DNA from: an uncultured Prolixibacteraceae bacterium
GTDB taxonomy: Bacteria; Bacteroidota; Bacteroidia; Bacteroidales; Prolixibacteraceae
Assembly (NCBI GenBank): GCA_942491975.1
Contig: CALOCY010000004.1
Location: 1,193,762 to 1,225,761 of the forward strand
DNA: 32,000 nt
Direction of reading: 5' to 3'
The position numbers and the translations under genes are program-made. The notes under the pieces were generated by a model that saw only the letters and a program-made list of their open reading frames with translations, was not told the DNA's origin and made no database searches. Positions 14,243-21,691 of the stretch are shown in pieces. The first letter of the stretch is position 1. Each line of letters begins with the position of its first letter.

Positions 14243-14275
14243 TTTTTCCTTTGACCTTTTTTCGAAATAGTTCAC

Positions 14276-14306
14276 AAAAAAAGAGATACCTTTTCAAGTA
14301 CCTCTT
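14276..14306 (-). terminator. Hairpin plus U-tract downstream of tRNA-Arg (may also serve the convergent transporter gene)
   Basis: On the minus strand, AAGAGGTAC / GTATCTCTT form a 9-bp stem with one G-U pair and an 8-nt loop. A T-run follows, seen as the plus-strand A-run at 14276-14282. Confidence 0.5.
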
Positions 14307-14314
14307 CTGCATTG

Positions 14315-14388
14315 TACTCCGGACGGGATTCGAACCCATGACCTACGGCTTAGAAGGCCGTTGCTCTATCCAGCTGAGCTACCGGAGC
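14315..14388 (-). tRNA. tRNA-Arg (anticodon UCU)
   Basis: The reverse complement is GCTCCGGTAGCTCAGCTGGATAGAGCAACGGCCTTCTAAGCCGTAGGTCATGGGTTCGAATCCCGTCCGGAGTA. It folds as a cloverleaf: 7-bp acceptor stem (G1-U72 wobble), D-arm GCTC/GAGC, anticodon stem ACGGC/GCCGT with loop CT-TCT-AA, and T-arm ATGGG-TTCGAAT-CCCGT. CCA is not encoded. Confidence 0.93.
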
Positions 14389-14515
14389 ATAATCTTAAAT
14401 GCTAAAAAATCTTTATCCTTTGTTCATAAAACAAACATCCAGTCCCGAAAAATTAAAAATCTATGATTTTTCTTATTTTTCGAGGATGCCCGAATCAAAT
14501 GAATTTGATTCGGCA

Positions 14516-14530
14516 CTGAGCTACCGGAGC
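14516..14530 (-). repeat. 15-nt exact duplicate of the tRNA-Arg 5' end (acceptor plus D-stem strand), a tRNA fragment
   Basis: CTGAGCTACCGGAGC at 14516-14530 is identical to 14374-14388, an offset of 142 bp. No T-arm or anticodon arm follows, so this is not a second tRNA. Confidence 0.8.
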
Positions 14531-14546
14531 TATTTTTGAGCGGGTG

Positions 14547-14554
14547 CAAATATA
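14547..14554 (-). promoter_or_regulatory. Bacteroidota -7 box (TATATTTG = TAnnTTTG) upstream of the tRNA fragment and tRNA-Arg
   Basis: The plus-strand CAAATATA at 14547-14554 is an exact TAnnTTTG on the minus strand. I found no other exact box between it and the mature tRNA. Confidence 0.4.
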
Positions 14555-14685
14555 TGTAGAATTTTGTTTTAGAGCAAAGCAATCCCTTCACTTTTTCATC
14601 TGAAGGAACGAATAAATTACCCTTCCAAAGTGTGCGAGTTGCTTAAGTTATAACAGATAAACTACCCCGATGAGATTAGAAAATA

Positions 14686-16593
14686 TCAGGGTTTCCAGAC
14701 TGTTTTAATTTCAGCCCCTTTCATCATTACCACGTATGGCGTAGCTATTCCCATTGACTTGGCTGCATTTACTGCCGACGCCTTATCGGGATATTTACCA
14801 AAACGCACCCTGGTCCATCCCCCTGCTTCCACAACATAAAACTCTTTAATCCGGGACTTTATTTGTGGTTTTATAATGGAGCCAATATCAACATTTTTAT
14901 TTCTAAATGCCGCAATCTGAACGGCATAAAATTCCTTATAGTCAGTTAATGAAGAGGTCTCTTTCACAGGTTTTTCTTTTTTTACAGGCTCTGTTTTGGG
15001 TTGTATTACCGGGTTTTTTACCGGTGTCTTTTCTGCAATGCCACTTACATCAAGAGCTACATAAGAGCCATCATCATCATCTACAATCTCTTTCTCTGTT
15101 TTCTCTATTTCGGCATATTTCTCTTCCCTTGTAAGTTTTCCGGGGGTTATATCTATAATCTCCTCTGTGGTCCCCTCGCTTAATGCACCTGAGAGTTCAG
15201 CCTTATTCTTCATAACAGGTTCAGGGGTAATTTCTGTTTTAGGCTTAGGCACCGGCATTTTTTCCTCTTCCTTCGCCTTAGTCAGAAATTCAGGCATCTC
15301 TTCAGATTCTTCGTACCGGGATTCGGTCGTAACTAAAAAATCAGACGTTCCGGGACTTTCCCCCATATTTAAGTAATAGAGGTCAAATGACCCGCCAATA
15401 TTTGATGAAAAGAACCATGTATTCTTTTTATCAGTTGTGGCAATACCTGCTTCGTCGTAATTGGAGTTTATAATATTCCCCATATTTTTTACCTGTACTT
15501 CATCGTGTGTTATAAATGTACCTGCATAAATATCATATCTTCCATAACCGGGGTGACCATCGGATGCAAAATAGAGCTTTCCATCGGGGCCAAATTCCGG
15601 AAATATCTCTGATTTGGCAGTATTGACATTTCTTCCGAGGTTCACCGGTTTATGCCAGGAGTTTCCATTGCGCTCACAAATCCATAAATCCATTCCCCCA
15701 TACCCTCCAGGCATATCTGAACTAAAAACCAATCTTTGCTCATTGGGTGAAATAGCTGCGCGCCCGACAGAATATTCTGTTGAGTTGTAAGGAAAGTCGA
15801 TATACGACCCCCAATACCCGTCTGCCCCACGAATAGCATACTGCAACCACGAAGACCTTTCCCGCTGCATCATCGTAAGCAACGTAAAGTTTTTACCATA
15901 ACTAACAATAGCATCCTTAGCCAGCTCCCCGTCTTTCATTTTAATGGGCTGTATATTTCCATAGGTGCCATTCTGTTCAACCCTGACACTTGACAGCTGC
16001 ATGGGATACCTGTTGTATAGCTCGTCCAGTTTTATCTTATGCTTACCACGCTGGGCAGCAGGATCATCCGATAATGTGTAGTAAATGTATCCGCCAAAAT
16101 ATTCCGGGGCTATCTCTTTATTTGATGTATTAAACGGCAGTTTTTGCAATGTATGATCTGCTGCTACCTTCTTTTTATCTTTCCAAAACTGAGGGTTGTT
16201 ATAATAAAACCGAAGCACATCATCTTTCCCCCCAAACTTAACATAGCGCTCTGCAATCATAGAAGCTTTAGTGTAGTTGCCGTTTTGCACAAGTACCTGA
16301 AAGTAGTTTTGTAAATCGGCAGGCACAACATCCATCCGGTTGGTTAGTTTTGTATACCACTTTTCTGCTTTTTCGGCATCTCCGGTCTCTTTACAGCAAA
16401 TAGCCGCCTTCCGTAAAATATCTGTAGGTGCATTGCTTTTTTCTGCTTCACTATTATAATACTGAACAACGGCTGCATAATTTCCTTTAAAAAAGTGGCG
16501 GTCAGCACTTTTAGGCCGTAATGATTGTCCTGCACATGTGGCAACAGAAACAATGCACAAAATTATAAAGCCTCCTATGACATTCCCTCTCAT
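14686..16593 (-). CDS. Envelope protein: signal peptide (possible lipobox), TPR region, TolB/PD40-type beta-propeller repeats, E/K/P-rich linker, C-terminal SPOR domain
   Basis: The N-terminus MRGNVIGGFIILCIVSVATCAGQ is followed by TPR-like helices (GNYAAVVQYYNSEAE..., GDAEKAEKWYTKL). PD40-like repeats include AISPNEQRLVFSSDMPGGYGGMDLW, EIFPEFGPDGKLYFASDGHPGYGRYDIY and WFFSSNIGGSFDLYY. The acidic/Lys/Pro linker (EESEEMPEFLTKAKEEEKMPVPKPKTE...) precedes a C-terminus that fits SPOR: FYAVQIAAFRNKN...GGWTRVRFGKYPDKASAVNAAKSMG. Confidence 0.8.
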   Translation of the reverse strand: MRGNVIGGFIILCIVSVATCAGQSLRPKSADRHFFKGNYAAVVQYYNSEAEKSNAPTDILRKAAICCKETGDAEKAEKWYTKLTNRMDVVPADLQNYFQVLVQNGNYTKASMIAERYVKFGGKDDVLRFYYNNPQFWKDKKKVAADHTLQKLPFNTSNKEIAPEYFGGYIYYTLSDDPAAQRGKHKIKLDELYNRYPMQLSSVRVEQNGTYGNIQPIKMKDGELAKDAIVSYGKNFTLLTMMQRERSSWLQYAIRGADGYWGSYIDFPYNSTEYSVGRAAISPNEQRLVFSSDMPGGYGGMDLWICERNGNSWHKPVNLGRNVNTAKSEIFPEFGPDGKLYFASDGHPGYGRYDIYAGTFITHDEVQVKNMGNIINSNYDEAGIATTDKKNTWFFSSNIGGSFDLYYLNMGESPGTSDFLVTTESRYEESEEMPEFLTKAKEEEKMPVPKPKTEITPEPVMKNKAELSGALSEGTTEEIIDITPGKLTREEKYAEIEKTEKEIVDDDDGSYVALDVSGIAEKTPVKNPVIQPKTEPVKKEKPVKETSSLTDYKEFYAVQIAAFRNKNVDIGSIIKPQIKSRIKEFYVVEAGGWTRVRFGKYPDKASAVNAAKSMGIATPYVVMMKGAEIKTVWKP

Positions 16594-16925
16594 GGCTTAC
16601 TATATTTTAAGTAATTGAACTTACAACTTAACAATAATGATAATATTCATTCCCCCTTACGCTATTAACTATCCTTCCGGCAATTCACCTTCTACTCTGT
16701 AGAATAAGTTCCTTATTTTAACAATACGTAATTATTAGATAATTGATACAAATAACTGGTCTTTATTGCATAAAGGTATAAAAATTATAGCTTGGATGCA
16801 CAATTGGTTTTTATCGGGATAGAAGGGCATTTATAAAACTACACGTATAAAAACTTCATATAAAATACTATACAACAACAGATTAAATACACAAAAAAAC
16901 AAAGGGGGAATAATCTTAAAACAGC

Positions 16926-16933
16926 TATATTTG
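16926..16933 (+). promoter_or_regulatory. -7 box TATATTTG upstream of the MFS gene
   Basis: Exact TAnnTTTG located 19 nt upstream of ATG 16952. It overlaps the alternative TTG start at 16931, which argues for the ATG start. Confidence 0.4.
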
Positions 16934-16951
16934 CGGCATAATTTTACCGTA

Positions 16952-18154
16952 ATGAAAACAGGCATTGCAGGCAATATCCCGAAATTATACCTCATCAAAA
17001 TTTCAAAATGGTTCAACCTGGTTATGCCTATTGTTGTACTGTTCTATCAGGACAATGACCTTTCGATGAAAGATATTTTTATCCTGAAATCTGTTTACTC
17101 CATTGGAATCCTGGTCATGGAAATCCCCTCAGGTTACCTTTCTGATGTTTTGGGTCGCAGGCTAACCCTTTTGCTCGGAGCGATATTGGGTACCATTGGC
17201 TTTCTTACTTACTCCTTCTCCTATACTTTTGCCGGTTTCCTTATTGCTGAAGTAATACTCGGCATGGGGTTAAGCTTTATCTCCGGATCAGATGCGGCAA
17301 TGCTGTACGATTCGTTAAAAGAGGTAAAACAGGAGCGCAACTATTTGAAACACGAAGGGCGCATTACATCCATTGGGAATTTTGCAGAAGCATTTGCAGG
17401 CGTTACCGGAGGATTGCTCGCTACATTTTCGTTACGCACACCGTTCTTTTTTCAGGTTTTAGTAGCCGGCATTGCTATTCCGGCGGCCTTTTTTATGACA
17501 GAACCTGTTAGCACCAATAAACAGAAACCCGATATAACAGGTGTTTTTTCTGCCATAAAAACAGTTTTTGTTGATTTTCAGTTGCGTACAGCAATCCTCT
17601 TTTCTGCCCTGATAGGCATGTCGACACTCACTTATGCCTGGTTTATACAGCCGTTTTTTAAGGCAACAGGGCTGCCCCTTGCCCTTTATGGTATTATGTG
17701 GACATTACTGAACCTGACTGTGGGAACCAGTTCGGCATTTGCCTATAAAATTGAACGCCGGTTTGGTCAAAATTCTATCTATGCATTCATCTTGCTTGCA
17801 GTTTGCATCTTATATATTGCTACAAGCCAGGCAATATTTATGTATGGTATCCCCATATTGTTCATCTTCTATTTTGTACGGGGCATTGCCACGCCGGTGC
17901 TTAAAGATTATATCAATAAAGAGACTCCGTCAGAAGTGCGTGCTACCGTATTATCTGTACGTAATTTTGTTATCCGGGTACTTTTTGCTGCCATCGGGCC
18001 ATTTGCCGGATGGATAAACGATAAATACAGCCTTGAAGCCGCCCTCGCAACAATTGGAACAATAGTCCTGATACTGGGCATGGCAATATTGATCCCCTTT
18101 TTTGTGCGAAAACGGGGAAATCCTTATCTTGAGGGCACAGAGCGTGGGGCTTAG
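16952..18154 (+). CDS. MFS transporter
   Basis: About 400 aa with ~12 hydrophobic helices. GYLSDVLGRRLTLLLG is the MFS loop 2-3 signature (G-x-L-x-D-x-x-G-R-R). Confidence 0.85.
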   Translation: MKTGIAGNIPKLYLIKISKWFNLVMPIVVLFYQDNDLSMKDIFILKSVYSIGILVMEIPSGYLSDVLGRRLTLLLGAILGTIGFLTYSFSYTFAGFLIAEVILGMGLSFISGSDAAMLYDSLKEVKQERNYLKHEGRITSIGNFAEAFAGVTGGLLATFSLRTPFFFQVLVAGIAIPAAFFMTEPVSTNKQKPDITGVFSAIKTVFVDFQLRTAILFSALIGMSTLTYAWFIQPFFKATGLPLALYGIMWTLLNLTVGTSSAFAYKIERRFGQNSIYAFILLAVCILYIATSQAIFMYGIPILFIFYFVRGIATPVLKDYINKETPSEVRATVLSVRNFVIRVLFAAIGPFAGWINDKYSLEAALATIGTIVLILGMAILIPFFVRKRGNPYLEGTERGA

Positions 18155-18174
18155 CATTTGAATGCAGGATATTT

Positions 18175-18915
18175 TTGATTATTCAACAACAAAAGAGTAT
18201 TGTGAAAAAAGGAAAGATATACCTTATACCTACAACGTTGGGGGAAAGTTTGCCGGAAAGCGTTATTCCGCATGATGTACTGGCGTTATTAAGCCGGTTG
18301 AATTATTTTATTGTTGAAGATTTGCGGAGTGCCCGCAGGTACCTGAAAAAAGTGGACAGGTCAATCAACATTGATGTCCTTACATTTTTTGAATTAAACA
18401 AGTATACTTCTGATAAAGAGGTATACTCTTTTTTACTGCCTGCATCAAAAGGTGAGGATATCGGCATTATTTCGGAGGCGGGCTGTCCCGGAGTAGCCGA
18501 TCCCGGCGCCGATATTGTAAAACTGGCCCATGAACAAAATATCCGGGTTATACCGTTGGTAGGGCCTTCATCTATACTGATGGCATTGATGGCATCGGGT
18601 ATGAACGGGCAAAATTTTGCATTCACGGGCTACCTGCCCATAAAAAAGCCCGAGCGGGTGAAGCGTATAGCAATGCTGGAGAAAAGATCGGCTGCTGAAA
18701 ACCAGACGCAGCTGTTTATTGAAGCCCCCTACCGCAACATGCCGTTGCTAAATGATATTGTAAACACCTGTAACCCGCAAACACGTCTCTGTATTGCCTG
18801 TGATATTACACTTGACAGTGAGTATATTGCCACAAAAACAATCGGTCAATGGAAGAAAAAACTGCCTGATATTCAAAAAAGACCGGCAATTTTCCTGTTA
18901 CACAAACAACGTTAA
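18175..18915 (+). CDS. SAM-dependent methyltransferase, tetrapyrrole-methylase fold (RsmI-like)
   Basis: GKIYLIPTTLGE, ISEAGCPGVADPG and VIPLVGPSSILMAL resemble RsmI/YraL motifs. The start is uncertain: TTG 18175 or GTG 18202. Confidence 0.75.
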   Translation: MIIQQQKSIVKKGKIYLIPTTLGESLPESVIPHDVLALLSRLNYFIVEDLRSARRYLKKVDRSINIDVLTFFELNKYTSDKEVYSFLLPASKGEDIGIISEAGCPGVADPGADIVKLAHEQNIRVIPLVGPSSILMALMASGMNGQNFAFTGYLPIKKPERVKRIAMLEKRSAAENQTQLFIEAPYRNMPLLNDIVNTCNPQTRLCIACDITLDSEYIATKTIGQWKKKLPDIQKRPAIFLLHKQR

Positions 18916-18921
18916 TCGAGT

Positions 18922-19755
18922 CTAAGGATTTTGGGAGTTGCAACCGTAATTGTCTTTTAATTCCTGCAACTGTTCATCGGTTAATCCCTCCGGTTCAAAT
19001 CCGGCCGATTTACAGGCAAGCCATATTTTTGCAGATTTTGCCACAATATCAATCGTGTCATACGTATCATGTACCCTGTCCCCTATAGCAAATACACCAT
19101 GCTTTTCCCATAAAACAATATCATGATTTTGCAATTCATCCAATGTTTCATCTGCAATTCGGGTCGACCCGGGTAGCATATATGGCACAAAACCAACGCC
19201 TTTTGGCACAAACAGCATGGCCTCGGGATGCATGCCCCAAATTGTTTTATTGATACTGACAGGACTCTTCATTTCAGGTGAATGGGTCAATGCAATCAGT
19301 TCATTGGCATGGGTGTGTATTATCACTTTTTCGTTGCTTCTGCGCCGGGCTATCAACCGGTGGATACCAAGATGAGAAGGCAATTCTGAAGTGGGCATTA
19401 ACTCCTGAGGATCATATATTGAATTGGTTATGGAATGGTAACCCCTGCCATTAGCCGTTATTTTTATGATCCCTGCATTCTCCAATGGCTTACATGCCAA
19501 ATCCCTCATACGTTTTCCTGTCCCTGTTATCAAAAAGTATTTTCCGGCAAGTTCCGGATAATGCGCCTGCATCTCAGACACAGGATAACCATTGTTTTCA
19601 TCCCACTCACTATCAATAAGCTCACTGATATTGACCGAAATATTTCCTGCATTACGTTCGGCCCATCCGTTTTGCCACAGGTATCCTGCCACATCAGCTA
19701 CCTGCAAAAGAATTTCTTCAACTTTCGGATTATTTTTCAATACTTCTTTCATCAT
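18922..19755 (-). CDS. rhaD: Rhamnulose-1-phosphate aldolase (class II aldolase)
   Basis: Colinear with E. coli RhaD across 277 aa. Shared blocks: GWAERNAGNISV, ITGTGKRMRDL, PTSELPSHLGIH, VIIHTHANELIALTH, GVGFVPYMLPGS, VLWEKHGVFAIG and DTIDIVAKSAKI. Confidence 0.88.
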   Translation of the reverse strand: MMKEVLKNNPKVEEILLQVADVAGYLWQNGWAERNAGNISVNISELIDSEWDENNGYPVSEMQAHYPELAGKYFLITGTGKRMRDLACKPLENAGIIKITANGRGYHSITNSIYDPQELMPTSELPSHLGIHRLIARRRSNEKVIIHTHANELIALTHSPEMKSPVSINKTIWGMHPEAMLFVPKGVGFVPYMLPGSTRIADETLDELQNHDIVLWEKHGVFAIGDRVHDTYDTIDIVAKSAKIWLACKSAGFEPEGLTDEQLQELKDNYGCNSQNP

Positions 19756-19805
19756 AATATTCGTTGAATCCCTTTATTATGAATAGTGTAAATTCTATGG
19801 ATGCA

Positions 19806-19813
19806 CAAACGTA
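19806..19813 (-). promoter_or_regulatory. -7 box TACGTTTG upstream of rhaD
   Basis: The plus-strand CAAACGTA is an exact TAnnTTTG on the minus strand. It lies 51 nt upstream of the rhaD ATG. Confidence 0.35.
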
Positions 19814-19843
19814 TAGTGCTTTATAACTTTAGAGATGCAGTCA

Positions 19844-20917
19844 CTAAGTTAACGAATCTTCTGCAAACATCATTCGGTATTCATGTTCAAAATTGGGTGT
19901 AAAAATATCTTTCCCAAGGTTTCCTTTGATTTTTTTTGACGACCAGAACTTTCCTTCCACCACCTCATCGCTGTGGATATGTATCCCCTTGTAGTTGTAC
20001 GAAACAAACACGTATACGAGTTCTGCTTCCATCTCGGTTTCCCAAACATACTGCGCTACAAGCTTTGCCGAGAATTCTTTCAGTCCGATCTCCTCCCATG
20101 CTTCCCGTTTGAGGGCCTCGTCCAACTGTTCGCCAAATGAGATGTGCCCGCCAACGGCAGTATCCCATTTCCCGGGTTGTACAAGCTTGTCATCAGGACG
20201 TTTCTGCAGAAAGATATGCCTTTGGTGATTTAATACGTGCAGGTGTACAACAGGGTGCAGTAGTTTTTCGCCTTTATGACAGTGTGAACGGGGAGCCTTC
20301 CCTTTTACCGCCCCTTTTTCATCAACCAATGGAAGCCACTCCTCTGTTGCACTATCTTTCCTGCGTTTTATACGTTGCATAAGCAGTCCGACAACAAATA
20401 CGGCAACAAAGAAGATGTAGAAAAGCACCCCGCTAATGAACGCCCATGCCTCTTTAGAGAGGAAAAACGCCGCATAAAACACCAGTGCTGCATGTAGCAT
20501 AAATGCCCAAAACATAAACTTCAGGTTCCGGCGAAATAGTTTTAACCGGTCATCGTTCATCTCCATGTCTTTCATGTAGCGTTGGGCCATTAAGCCCACA
20601 ATATTAACTTTTGAGAAGGCTGAAACCCCCAGTACACCACACAAAATAAGTTCTATCAATCCCGGTTTTAGCTTAAAAAAGATGTCGTTCTCAAGCACTA
20701 ACGATATACCTCCCATTAACACCAGCAATGCAGTATCTAACAAGACAAACCGGTCCATACGCTGTTCACGCACCCATGTTACGGCCATTTCAACAACCCC
20801 TGTCCCCACAGCAACCAGTAACCCGATTTTTGTTCCCCATAACTCATCAGCTATGATGAACACAAAGACGGGAATCAGTCCGGGCAATAGTTTTTTTATC
20901 AGTTCTTTTCTGTCCAT
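19844..20917 (-). CDS. Fusion protein: N-terminal IspZ/YciB-like polytopic membrane domain plus C-terminal NUDIX hydrolase (IDI-like subfamily)
   Basis: Residues 1-185 contain ~5-6 TM helices and a YciB-like pattern (LPGLIPVFVFIIAD..., ENDIFFKLKPGLIE). A perfect Nudix box GGHISFGEQLDEALKREAWEEIGL (Gx5Ex7REUxEExGU) sits in the C-terminal ~170 aa. The reading frame is single and uninterrupted. Confidence 0.8.
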   Translation of the reverse strand: MDRKELIKKLLPGLIPVFVFIIADELWGTKIGLLVAVGTGVVEMAVTWVREQRMDRFVLLDTALLVLMGGISLVLENDIFFKLKPGLIELILCGVLGVSAFSKVNIVGLMAQRYMKDMEMNDDRLKLFRRNLKFMFWAFMLHAALVFYAAFFLSKEAWAFISGVLFYIFFVAVFVVGLLMQRIKRRKDSATEEWLPLVDEKGAVKGKAPRSHCHKGEKLLHPVVHLHVLNHQRHIFLQKRPDDKLVQPGKWDTAVGGHISFGEQLDEALKREAWEEIGLKEFSAKLVAQYVWETEMEAELVYVFVSYNYKGIHIHSDEVVEGKFWSSKKIKGNLGKDIFTPNFEHEYRMMFAEDSLT

Positions 20918-20927
20918 ATACCGACAT

Positions 20928-20955
20928 AAAAAAGCCGTAGTTGAACAACCACGGC
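20928..20955 (-). terminator. Rho-independent terminator after the FKBP gene
   Basis: On the minus strand, GCCGTGG-TTGTTCAA-CTACGGC forms a 7-bp stem with one G-U pair. TTTTTT follows. It lies between the FKBP stop and the NUDIX-fusion start. Confidence 0.65.
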
Positions 20956-20977
20956 CTGTATCTATCTTTTTTATTGT

Positions 20978-21487
20978 TTAGTCTGTCAACAATTCTCCGT
21001 TGCGGTACACTTTGTACACCTCCATTTCAAAGACCAATGCTGCATAGCGTGGTATCCCCGGATAACCGGTACGTCCCGAACTGCCATAAGCCAACCGTGA
21101 CGGGGTAATAATTTTAGCTTTTGTGCCGGTTTGCATTTTTAATACTGCTTCTTCCCATGCCTCAATAACCCCTCCTGCACCTACGGTAAACCGAAAAGGT
21201 TCATAAGGTCCAGACGCATCAAATAATTCACCGGTAATCAACCAACCGGTATAAAACATTTGCACAACATCGCCCGTTTGAATGGTATCACCATGCCCCG
21301 GGGTTAACTCAATATAATACAACCCAGATTCAGTCGGCTCTGCCGTAACATTAAACTCTTCCAGATACGCTGCAAAATCTTCTGCTTCCTGCTCCCTCAG
21401 TTTTTGCCCCGATGTTTTCTCACACGATGAGAAATAAGCTCCTGCAGCAATAACTATAAGCCCTAATAAAAATTTTTTTACTGTCAT
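20978..21487 (-). CDS. FKBP-type peptidyl-prolyl cis-trans isomerase, lipoprotein
   Basis: Signal peptide plus lipobox (AGAYFSSC). FKBP core motifs: VVQMFYTGWLITGELFDAS, FRFTVGAGGVIEAWEEAVLKMQTGTKAKIITPSRLAYG and LVFEMEVYKV. Confidence 0.9.
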   Translation of the reverse strand: MTVKKFLLGLIVIAAGAYFSSCEKTSGQKLREQEAEDFAAYLEEFNVTAEPTESGLYYIELTPGHGDTIQTGDVVQMFYTGWLITGELFDASGPYEPFRFTVGAGGVIEAWEEAVLKMQTGTKAKIITPSRLAYGSSGRTGYPGIPRYAALVFEMEVYKVYRNGELLTD

Positions 21488-21549
21488 TATCGTGTTGTTT
21501 TTAAATCTTTAATTTTTTTCTGTGCTTTATGCATACAATACTTCGGCAA

Positions 21550-21620
21550 ACTTTTCCAAAGTTAATACTCAAAAACTAATTATTAACCACATAAAAAAAC
21601 ATAGTAAACTTTGGAAAAGT
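21550..21620. repeat. 14-bp inverted repeat pair separated by 43 nt in the nrnA-FKBP intergenic region
   Basis: ACTTTTCCAAAGTT (21550-21563) and AACTTTGGAAAAGT (21607-21620) are exact reverse complements. Confidence 0.8.
21557..21564 (-). promoter_or_regulatory. -7 box TAACTTTG upstream of the FKBP gene
   Basis: The plus-strand CAAAGTTA is an exact TAnnTTTG on the minus strand. It lies 70 nt upstream of the FKBP ATG and inside the left arm of the inverted repeat. Confidence 0.35.
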
Positions 21621-21691
21621 CCTGTTTTCAAACAATTACAAAAAACAACAAACCATTACTATAAATAAAGTGCTGCAAAATAGTAAAAATC

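Noticed and set aside
14239-14466. 75-aa plus-strand ORF after the transporter gene
   Set aside because: It reads through the reverse complement of tRNA-Arg and its terminator. It has no ribosome-binding or promoter context.
14243-16593. A tRNA-associated genomic island or prophage boundary
   Set aside because: There is a tRNA plus a 15-nt direct repeat, but the repeats are only 142 bp apart. There is no integrase, excisionase or phage/ICE gene on either side. The flanking genes look like core envelope and transport functions.
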